From NCBI GenBank assembly GCA_045597895.1, contig JAZLLA010000053.1, forward strand, positions 24,988 to 88,987: DNA of 64,000 bases, in the 5' to 3' direction. This stretch comes from Candidatus Cryptobacteroides sp. (GTDB lineage Bacteria > Bacteroidota > Bacteroidia > Bacteroidales > UBA932). A program made the position numbers and the translations under genes. This document shows positions 48,701-55,565 of the stretch, in pieces. Under the pieces are notes generated by a model. That model searched no databases, was not told where the DNA came from, and saw nothing but the letters and a program-made list of their open reading frames with translations. Each line of letters starts with the position of its first letter. Positions within the stretch are counted from its first letter, which is position 1.

Positions 48701-49374
48701 CAAGCAGTCAGGCCAATACCGCTTCTATTAATATCAATGGAGGCAACTTCAAGGCATATGAAAATGCAGCGACCAATAAATACGTGTTCGGTATCGGTGG
48801 AAAATCAGGCCAGACCCTAACATTCGACTATAAGAATGCATCAGCAGAAGGTGCAAAAGGTATCTACTGCAGCCTTGCCGGTACGGCAATCAATGTTCAC
48901 TCAGGTTCAATCACAGCTGATATCAATGCCATCAATCTGAGTATGGGCAAGAATGTTACCATAAATATCGATGGCGGCAAATTGGAGACTTTGGATTCAG
49001 AAAGTCATGCCAATAATTATATGTCGAATGGGTCATATGCGGGATCATCACTTCCTATTTTTGCCAGCGCATTCGGTAGCGAGAATGTCGTTTGTAACAT
49101 AAGCGGTGGAGAATTTATCTATCCTTATTACTCTTGGCAGAGTAGTGGAACCAAACCTGCAACCTGGGAGCGTGTAATCAACGCTGGTGTGGGCATTACC
49201 AGCAACGTGGCCAATGCCAACATTACTGCATCCCTCACCGGCGGTACCTATTCAACCAACCAGATGCTTTCCGACATCACAAATGATCAGTCTGCGGCAT
49301 CAGGAATTGTAGCAGAAGGCTACACCTGCAAGAATAATGGCGACGGTACCTGGACAGTGGTAGCAGCTAACTAA
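45781..49374 (+). CDS. giant surface lipoprotein P6: pilin-fold base, conserved linker module and two beta-helix-like head modules
   Basis: Cys18 LLIVGC and Arg47 in ATRAVDD. Motifs FWAD, DAFS, LKRPFAQLNVVFTD, MDYIFA and QRNFRTNILG. Then VTAPEGTNVTIE...VEIHGTVN, and the cap-like AMIGEAEYPSIAAALAAV and AKIGETEYETLQAAFDAV. Terminal AEGYTCKNNGDGTWTVVAAN. Confidence 0.6.
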   Translation: MKKTLLLLASAALLIVGCNKEQVAENVAGEGLQTVSFTVGVESIATRAVDDNDGKAANINQWVIQVMDSDGGVYHHKAESGELGNTTHTFNVPLVKGQTYNILFWADTKDSYVVTDLRQVKRSEKTYLKANADSLDAFSAVVKDFSTTVASKKDITLKRPFAQLNVVFTDLKKLYETMNNSDEYAKFKPVDFVAKAKVPTEFNVFTQEAGAPAETALVMTAAKDYLGNYTSHRAKETLYMDYIFASKDTKDVVDIDFSFVSKGVSIAHNFTSIPFQRNFRTNILGEFMSAGAQWNVKVDPIWSTPEYDVPFLAASTIAEAQSYIAPEAEGTQTSKVVDLSKATITAEDIDDEDNTIKFELTTHSPADMVNFTLPAIPQDVIDAGCTGWKITYEEGYPTKNVNVTAPEGTNVTIEAPDSHVTLNGTEYEQVTASTGDKTLVVPAGVTIDKLIVKKGAVEIHGTVNHLTVTPEEGKEVVFRACEGLSADVFAAIKGEGHDYIDYPMYTYELVGEKYNIYKLPVVAMIGEAEYPSIAAALAAVPADNTELVTIKVMSDVAINSSSLAINKNNVVLDGQGHTIAIDETDASLDPYLVDGTSKRYGSFQMIKVSGNDVILKNMTLDSRNYRGASLATTCGGKNVSYENIIYKGLGSGHYYGSAGGDGTLKFKNCTFETHGYAIHTAECQSVLEVSDCEIHGWVSYGDKTKSATFTNTHFYSTTDQYNGVIATIRPYCATTFTNCTFSKEYLSKYKYDGLTVRSNVVVSLKGCSVEDGELCDIANFTGDDPWIDGGVMAIDATGNATNGFTAGTFVAKQAEDIKVSSLSELKTVEGKQYVYKVSVIPVAKIGETEYETLQAAFDAVPDGTKTTITLIADAKAATLGDKNNIGAKTVILNLNGHSITGYMRGITALTGSTSLDGATLINYANLTINGEGTIGDLEGDYHHNALVNMSDGTNLTINGGTFVAKSCCVYHYSASSQANTASININGGNFKAYENAATNKYVFGIGGKSGQTLTFDYKNASAEGAKGIYCSLAGTAINVHSGSITADINAINLSMGKNVTINIDGGKLETLDSESHANNYMSNGSYAGSSLPIFASAFGSENVVCNISGGEFIYPYYSWQSSGTKPATWERVINAGVGITSNVANANITASLTGGTYSTNQMLSDITNDQSAASGIVAEGYTCKNNGDGTWTVVAAN

Positions 49375-49381
49375 TCTTTTT

Positions 49382-49411
49382 TCCCGGGCGGGCGATCAAG
49401 CCCGCCCGGGA
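49382..49411. repeat. GC-rich perfect hairpin after P6
   Basis: TCCCGGGCGGGC GATCAA GCCCGCCCGGGA (12-bp stem) followed by GCAAATTGAAA, the same tail as the copy at 45737. Confidence 0.8.
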
Positions 49412-49437
49412 GCAAATTGAAACGAAGAACTATATTT

Positions 49438-50349
49438 ATGAAAAAATCATTATTTGCGATTGCTTCTATGGCACTCCTGCTTGCGGGGTGTGCCAAGGAA
49501 CAGATATCAAGCCCGGCAGGTGATGGGCAGACCGTCAAGGTGAGCGTCATGGCGCAGTTGCAGAACGGCGGCCAGACCAGGGCCACCTGGGACCATGATG
49601 GTGAAGGTGCGCTTGTGGACCACTGGATTATGGAGGTCTATGATGCTCAGGGATTGCTTTTCGATCGTCAGGAAAAAAGCGGGCAGTCCGGCCTTACAAA
49701 CACATTCGAGCTGGCTCTCATAAAGAACCAGACCTATAAGTTCGCCTTCTGGGCGGACACGAAGGATATGTACGACACAGCCGACCTTCGTGCCGTCAAG
49801 ACGGTTTCCCGCAAGGCTGGCCGCGACAGCAGGGACGCATTCTTTGCAGCGAAGGAGTATACTTCCACAAAGAGCGAGACTCTCACGGCGGAACTTTACC
49901 GCCCGTTCGCACAGATCAATGTCGTGACTCTCGATCTCGACAAGATTTATAAGCAGATGGAAGCGGCAGAGACGACTGCGAATTATGACAAGTTTATTCC
50001 TACCGAGATCAAACTCACAGGTGAGACATACAACCAGTTCAATGTTCTGACCGGAGAGGTCTCGGATGTCCAGTCGTATGTGCTCAACCTTGCAAGCTGC
50101 TATGCCGATTATGCCGCACACGCTGAGGTAAGCACCATTTTCATGGATTATGTATTCGCCAAGACTGAAAAAGAGCTCAAGGATCTTTCCTTCTCTTTCG
50201 TCTCAAATAAAGTACCTGTCTCATACAGCTTTGCGAATGTCCCTGTCCAGCGCAACTACCGTACGAACATCACCGGCAACCTGCTCAGTTATGACGCTGA
50301 GTGGTCAGTGGAAATCATTCCTGCCTGGCTGGGAACCCACGAGTACTAA
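49438..50349 (+). CDS. short pilin-fold lipoprotein P7 (headless paralogue)
   Basis: Cys18 LLLAGC and Arg48 in QTRATWD. Motifs FWAD, DAFF, LYRPFAQINVVTLD, MDYVFA and QRNYRTNITG. It ends right after WSVEIIPAWLG. Confidence 0.6.
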   Translation: MKKSLFAIASMALLLAGCAKEQISSPAGDGQTVKVSVMAQLQNGGQTRATWDHDGEGALVDHWIMEVYDAQGLLFDRQEKSGQSGLTNTFELALIKNQTYKFAFWADTKDMYDTADLRAVKTVSRKAGRDSRDAFFAAKEYTSTKSETLTAELYRPFAQINVVTLDLDKIYKQMEAAETTANYDKFIPTEIKLTGETYNQFNVLTGEVSDVQSYVLNLASCYADYAAHAEVSTIFMDYVFAKTEKELKDLSFSFVSNKVPVSYSFANVPVQRNYRTNITGNLLSYDAEWSVEIIPAWLGTHEY

Positions 50350-50383
50350 TGGTCAGAGCTTCGATAGATAAACGTTTCAATTT

Positions 50384-51331
50384 ATGAAAAACAAGATATT
50401 GATCATTGCTTCAGCTGCACTTCTGTTTACCGGGTGCGCTAAAGAGAACATACCTGGCAGTGAAGGCACAGTGAAAGTATGTGTGACCGCTCAGGTTCAG
50501 AATGCTACAGACCCTTCGACAAGGGCATCGTGGGACAATGACGGCAAGGGCTCCAAGGTTGATCACTGGGTTGTCGAGGTAAGGGACATCCTCGATATGG
50601 AGACCGTCTATTACCACGCAGAGAAGACCGGCGACGAGGGCGTTCTCGAGCAGACCTTCGACCTTTATCTCATCCCTGAACACACTTATGACATCGCTTT
50701 CTGGGCTGACAGGGCCGAATGCTACAATACTGAAGACCTTACAGCCGTAGAGTGCAAGGATGTGACAAAGATTGGCAACTCAGACGATTTCGACGGATTC
50801 TTCAGGTGTGTCCGCCATGTTGTGGACGGAGACGATAAGCTCTCCGCACGCCTGTATCGCTCTTTCGCCCAGGTCAATGTCGTCACTACCGATCTCCCGA
50901 AACTGAAGTCTTCAACCACTCCTGAGGCTTATGCCCTCTATGAGCCTGTGGACTATTCCTTCAAGCTGACCGTTCCTACTGTACTCAATGCCTTTACAGG
51001 TGAGACTTCCGGTGAGGAGGAGATCACTATCACTCCGGAGGATGATGTCAATCATTGCTACGGTGACTATGACACTGCCTCGGAGATTACGACCCTCTAT
51101 ATGGTTTATGTCCTCACGAGCAAGCCGACGAGCATTTGGGACAAGGATGTCCGTGATATTGATTTTGCATTCAATACCGGTGATGTGGAACTTGCTTATG
51201 ACTTCAAGAATATACCTCTGAAGAGAAACTTCCGTACCAATATCATCGGATCCTTCATGACCAACACTCTCAAGTGGACTGTTGAAGTCGTTCCAGACTG
51301 GCTCGGTGAGATACCTTCCTTATATTTTTGA
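50384..51331 (+). CDS. short pilin-fold lipoprotein P8 (headless paralogue)
   Basis: Cys18 LLFTGC and Arg47 in STRASWD. Motifs FWAD, DGFF, LYRSFAQVNVVTTD and KRNFRTNIIG. It ends after WTVEVVPDWLG. Confidence 0.6.
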   Translation: MKNKILIIASAALLFTGCAKENIPGSEGTVKVCVTAQVQNATDPSTRASWDNDGKGSKVDHWVVEVRDILDMETVYYHAEKTGDEGVLEQTFDLYLIPEHTYDIAFWADRAECYNTEDLTAVECKDVTKIGNSDDFDGFFRCVRHVVDGDDKLSARLYRSFAQVNVVTTDLPKLKSSTTPEAYALYEPVDYSFKLTVPTVLNAFTGETSGEEEITITPEDDVNHCYGDYDTASEITTLYMVYVLTSKPTSIWDKDVRDIDFAFNTGDVELAYDFKNIPLKRNFRTNIIGSFMTNTLKWTVEVVPDWLGEIPSLYF

Positions 51332-51492
51332 AAACTGACAGCCGTCAAAAAGTTTTTTTACAAACAGCAATCTGCGCACTCTTCTTCTACAGAAATCGAA
51401 CACACATTTTTGCACATACACACGCACACACATATTAATTGCATCATAGCACATCGTCAATGGGTGCGCAGCATTGCTTTTTTTGATTGATA

Positions 51493-51636
51493 ATGGCCTT
51501 GAAAATCATTGTTTCCGTTATCCTTGGACTGCTTATCCTGCTTATCCTTATCCTGCTGGTGGTTCTTTATGCCTCCAGTAAGGGAGAGCGCATCATCGAA
51601 TCCTCATTTCACGACCGATTTCAGCGAAAGCAATAG
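51493..51636 (+). CDS. possible 47-aa single-pass membrane peptide
   Basis: Manual translation: MALKIIVSVILGLLILLILILLVVLYASSKGERIIESSFHDRFQRKQ-stop. It has one strongly hydrophobic helix and a charged tail, and is below the length cutoff of the ORF track. Confidence 0.3.
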   Translation: MALKIIVSVILGLLILLILILLVVLYASSKGERIIESSFHDRFQRKQ

Positions 51637-51650
51637 CTGACAAATGTTTT

Positions 51651-51700
51651 TTTCTTTTTCGTTTTGTTGAAAATCAGTAACTTTACGGCTATGAAAAAGA
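51651..51700. repeat. 50-nt promoter/start-codon module, copy B
   Basis: TTTCTTTTTCGTTTTGTTGAAAATCAGTAACTTTACGGCTATGAAAAAGA; see copy A at 32335-32385. It includes the ATG of the M3 peptidase gene. Confidence 0.85.
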
Positions 51701-53709
51701 CACTTATCATCCCCGCACTTCTGTTAGCTATGACCGCTTGCACTGAAGAAACCCGCGTGAACCCGTTCCTCGAGGACTGGGACACCCCTTACGGAATCCC
51801 TCCGTTCGACAGGATCGAATACTCCGACTATATCCCTGCCATCAAGGCCGGAATCGAGCAGGAGGACGCTGAGATCCAGGCCATCATCGACAACCAGGAG
51901 GCTCCGACCTTCGACAATGTCATCGCCGCCATGGAAAACGCCGGCTCCATCCTCGCGAAGGTCGGCGGAGTCCTCTACAACGTCGCTGAGACCGAGAACT
52001 GCCCTGAGCTCGAGGCCATCATCGAGGAGGCCACCCCTCTGGAGTCCGAGCACAGCGACAATATCTATATGAACAAGGCCCTCTACGAGAAAGTCGCCGC
52101 CGTCTACAACGCTGACCAGAGCGGTCTCACCCGCGAGCAGCAGATGGTCCTCAAGAAGAAGTACGAGGCCTTCGAGCGCAACGGCATCGGCCTCCCAGAA
52201 GACAAGCAGGCCCGCCTGCGCGAGATCAATTCCGAAACCTCGATGAAGACCAACAAACTCGGCAACAACATTCTCGCCGAGTCCAACGCCTTCAAGGAGA
52301 AATTCGGCATCAGCGTCTCCGCCTATCCGACCGCAATGACCACCACCGAGGACAGGTCCCTCCGTGAGGAGATGTTCAAGGCCTACTCCTCCCGCGGCCA
52401 CAACGGCAATGAATATGACAACCGCCAGCTCGTCCTCGACATTATGCGCCTGCGCATCGAGAAGGCTCAGATAATGGGCTATGACACTCCTGCAGCCTTC
52501 ATCCTCGAGCCGAAGATGGCCCACGACGCCGCTACCGTCGATGCATTCCTCGACGGCATAATGAAGGCTTCGGTGGCTAAGGCCAAGGAGGAAATCGCCG
52601 ACATGCAGAAAGTTATGGACGAGGACGTGAAGGCAGGCCTTCTCCCATCCGGCTCGAAGATCGAGCCTTGGGACTGGTGGTACTATGCCGAGAAGGTCCG
52701 CAAGGCCAAATATGACCTCGACGAGGAGCTCACCAAGCCATATTTCGAGATCCACAATGTCCAGAAGGGCGTTTTCGAAGCCGCCCACACCCTCTATGGC
52801 GTGAACTTCGAGAAGCTCGAGGACCTCAGCCTCTTCAATGACGCTGCAGAAGCCTGGAAGCTCACCTACGACGACGGTTCCCTCATCGGTATCTTCATCT
52901 GCGACTACTTCCCTCGCGACTCCAAGCGCGGAGGCGCCTGGATGAACAACATCCGCGAGCAGTATGTCGACGCCGAGGGCAATGAGATCCGCCCTATCAT
53001 CGTCAATATCACCAACTTCACCTCTCCGGACGAGAACGGCGTGGCCCTTCTCACCGTCGATGAGGTGCAGACAGCGTTCCACGAGTTCGGCCACGCCCTC
53101 CACGGGTTCCTCAGCAAGTGCCGTTATCCATCAGTCAGCGGCACCTCCGTCACCCGCGACTTCGTCGAGACCTTCTCACAGTTCAATGAGAACTGGGCTT
53201 TCCAGCCTGAACTCCTGGCCAAGTACGCCGTCCACTATCAGACCGGTGAGGTCATCCCTCAGGAACTCGTGGACAAGATCATCGCTGCCTCCAAGTTCAA
53301 CCAAGGCTTCATGACCACCGAGCTCTGCGCTGCATCCATCCTCGATATGAAGTGGCACGAGCTCACCTCCGTCGACGGGATCGACATCGATGAGTTCGAG
53401 GCCAAGGTGTGCAAGGAGATGGGTCTGATCGACGAGATCATCCCGCGCTACCGCACCACCTACTTCAACCATATCTTCTCCAGCGGCTATTCCGCAGGCT
53501 ACTACGGATATCTCTGGGCTGAAGTGCTGGACAAGGATGCCTTCTCCATCTTCGAAGAGAACGGAGTATGGGATCTCGAACTTGCTAAGAAATTCAAGGA
53601 GACCTTCCTTGAGAAGGGTGGTGGCGAAGAGCCTATGACCCTTTACAAGTCATTCGCCGGCCGCGAGCCTGACTCACAGGCCTTCCTCCGCGGCCGCGGC
53701 CTCCTCTAG
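51691..53709 (+). CDS. dcp: M3-family zinc metallopeptidase (peptidyl-dipeptidase Dcp-like), lipoprotein
   Basis: Lipobox LLAMTAC, zinc motif FHEFGHALHG, downstream E in ETFSQFNENW, and about 670 aa as in Dcp/oligopeptidase A. Confidence 0.8.
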   Translation: MKKTLIIPALLLAMTACTEETRVNPFLEDWDTPYGIPPFDRIEYSDYIPAIKAGIEQEDAEIQAIIDNQEAPTFDNVIAAMENAGSILAKVGGVLYNVAETENCPELEAIIEEATPLESEHSDNIYMNKALYEKVAAVYNADQSGLTREQQMVLKKKYEAFERNGIGLPEDKQARLREINSETSMKTNKLGNNILAESNAFKEKFGISVSAYPTAMTTTEDRSLREEMFKAYSSRGHNGNEYDNRQLVLDIMRLRIEKAQIMGYDTPAAFILEPKMAHDAATVDAFLDGIMKASVAKAKEEIADMQKVMDEDVKAGLLPSGSKIEPWDWWYYAEKVRKAKYDLDEELTKPYFEIHNVQKGVFEAAHTLYGVNFEKLEDLSLFNDAAEAWKLTYDDGSLIGIFICDYFPRDSKRGGAWMNNIREQYVDAEGNEIRPIIVNITNFTSPDENGVALLTVDEVQTAFHEFGHALHGFLSKCRYPSVSGTSVTRDFVETFSQFNENWAFQPELLAKYAVHYQTGEVIPQELVDKIIAASKFNQGFMTTELCAASILDMKWHELTSVDGIDIDEFEAKVCKEMGLIDEIIPRYRTTYFNHIFSSGYSAGYYGYLWAEVLDKDAFSIFEENGVWDLELAKKFKETFLEKGGGEEPMTLYKSFAGREPDSQAFLRGRGLL

Positions 53710-54566
53710 AGGCTGGAGCCGTAGAGAAGCAGAGCCATACCTATAAGGAGAATGCCCAGATCCAGGGCCTTCTCCTTAATTTTATGCTCCTTGAAGACGA
53801 TGGCGCCGAGCACGAAGGTCACGACGACCGAGCAGCGGCGGAGCAGTGAGACGACAGAAAGGAGAGCGTCATCCTGCTTCAGGGCGAAGAAATAAAGCAT
53901 ATCGGCTCCGGTGATGAAGACGGCGATAAGGAGTATCCTCCAGTCCCAGTGGAACCTTTCCCTGTCCTGACCGTCCTTGATAGCCTTGAACGCTATGCAC
54001 AGGAGCAGCAGGACCGTGATGTAGAAGTTGCTCCAGCTCTGTACGAACAGGGCTTCCATATCGAACAGGATATACTTGTCATACAGGGCGCTGGCCACTC
54101 CGGAGAAGATGGATACGGCCATGGCGGCGATGCCTTTGCTCTCTGAGAAACGTATTCCCTCCTTCTTGCTGATTCCGCTCAGGAGGATGATGGCCAGCAG
54201 GGCGAATGCGACTCCCCCCCACTGCCATCCATTAAGCCTCTCCGCAAAGAAGATGATGGAGAATATCACCACAAAGAACGGTCTGGAGGCCTTCAGAGTG
54301 CTGCAGGTGGTGATAGGAAGCAGTTTCAAGCCTATCAGCCCGCTGACCCAGGAAGTGGTGACGAGCACTCCCTTCAGCATCAGATGCCAATGGTCGCTCC
54401 AGCTGCCCGCTGTCAGGCAGGGGCAAAGGAAAAGTGTTGAGAGGGCGGTAGCGCCCAGCAGAACCCAGAGTACGCTGTTGTTCTTCAGCGCCTGCTTCTT
54501 GAAAACGTCATAAATGCCCAGCATCAACGCTGAGCCCAGTGTCATCCAAAGCCACATACCTTCCAA
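53706..54566 (-). CDS. EamA/DMT-family transporter
   Basis: 286 aa with 10 hydrophobic helices in a two-fold EamA repeat arrangement. Confidence 0.7.
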   Translation of the reverse strand: MEGMWLWMTLGSALMLGIYDVFKKQALKNNSVLWVLLGATALSTLFLCPCLTAGSWSDHWHLMLKGVLVTTSWVSGLIGLKLLPITTCSTLKASRPFFVVIFSIIFFAERLNGWQWGGVAFALLAIILLSGISKKEGIRFSESKGIAAMAVSIFSGVASALYDKYILFDMEALFVQSWSNFYITVLLLLCIAFKAIKDGQDRERFHWDWRILLIAVFITGADMLYFFALKQDDALLSVVSLLRRCSVVVTFVLGAIVFKEHKIKEKALDLGILLIGMALLLYGSSL

Positions 54567-54569
54567 CGG

Positions 54570-55565
54570 TTAAAGTGTCTGTCCGCCGATGAACTCCCTC
54601 ATGATGGAGGTAGGAGGGACGGCTGCGATTTCATTAGGTTTGAGTGCCACTACGTGTGCGAGGAAGTCCAGCATCCGGCGTGCCTTCTCATAGGCAGGGG
54701 AGGACTCGGACACTTCATAGAGAAGCGGCTCTGCGTAGTATTCCAGCAGAGGAAGGTCATATAGGGTGGATGAATTGAACACCACTTCGGCATTCTCCTC
54801 GAACGGGAATATGTTCCTGGTCTCTCCGCGTCTGACGCTCGGCCAGAGAAGCAGGGTCTTCTCAGGTGAGATGCCGCGGGTGCGGTTGTCACGCACGATG
54901 CGGCGCAGGAGCCTCTTGTCGGTGGTGGAGTTGTGCACCTTCTCTCCTCCCGGGAGGGCCGAGAGTGCTGAGATGTAGATTCTGAATATCCTGTTCCGGT
55001 CCACTCCCGGGGTAAGTTCAGGATTGAGGGCGTGGATGCCTTCCATCATAAGGATGTCGCGTTCGCCGAGCCTCATCTTCCTGTTCTTTTCGAATACTGT
55101 CGTGCCCGACTTGAAGTCATATCTGGGGATGATGACCTCGCGGCCTGCGAGAAGGTCGTTGAGGTTCGAGTTCAGAAGCTCGATGTTCATTGCTCCGAGG
55201 GCTTCGAAATCGTACTCGCCCTTTTCGTCCTTAGGGGTCTGCTCGCGCGGCACGAAATAGTTGTCCAGCTCGATCACCTTCGGGCTGAGCCCCAGGACGC
55301 GGCATTGCTGTGCGATGCGCAGCGACGAGGATGTCTTGCCGCTGGAGGATGGGCCGGACATCATTACGATGCTGGCTTCGTGCTTGCGCCAGGAGATCTG
55401 GTTGGCCGCTTCGGCGTATTTGCGTTCCTGACGGGCCTCGCAGAGGTTGATCAGATCTATTCCCTTGCCCTGGTTCAGGACTTCATTGAGTTTGTCGATG
55501 GTGTCGATGCCTACTGCAGAGCACCAGTCTGCGTATTCTTGCCTTGCGGCTTCAATCTTTGTCAT
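54570..55565 (-). CDS. P-loop nucleoside/uridine kinase-like protein
   Basis: Walker A MSGPSSSGKTSS in the middle of a 331-aa protein, with PRK/uridine-kinase-like LDNYF and MMEGIHALNP motifs. Confidence 0.55.
   Translation of the reverse strand: MTKIEAARQEYADWCSAVGIDTIDKLNEVLNQGKGIDLINLCEARQERKYAEAANQISWRKHEASIVMMSGPSSSGKTSSSLRIAQQCRVLGLSPKVIELDNYFVPREQTPKDEKGEYDFEALGAMNIELLNSNLNDLLAGREVIIPRYDFKSGTTVFEKNRKMRLGERDILMMEGIHALNPELTPGVDRNRIFRIYISALSALPGGEKVHNSTTDKRLLRRIVRDNRTRGISPEKTLLLWPSVRRGETRNIFPFEENAEVVFNSSTLYDLPLLEYYAEPLLYEVSESSPAYEKARRMLDFLAHVVALKPNEIAAVPPTSIMREFIGGQTL

Noticed and set aside
37716-49374. Diversity-generating retroelement or shufflon acting on the variable heads of P4-P6
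   Set aside because: No reverse transcriptase gene is present and I could see no template/variable repeat pair. All genes are co-oriented, with no inverted repeat pairs between them. The only inversion candidate is the promoter segment at 34914-35065.
51395-51450. CA-dinucleotide tract as a microsatellite
   Set aside because: The repeat is imperfect, interrupted every few bases, and too short to call a simple-sequence repeat locus.
51724-53103. 459-aa minus-strand ORF
   Set aside because: It is antisense to the M3 peptidase, which carries the HEFGH motif. This is the same shadow-ORF pattern. The same reasoning applies to 14846-15841, 7571-8413, 12943-13608, 55718-56626, 57434-58069, 58281-58988 and 28858-29520.
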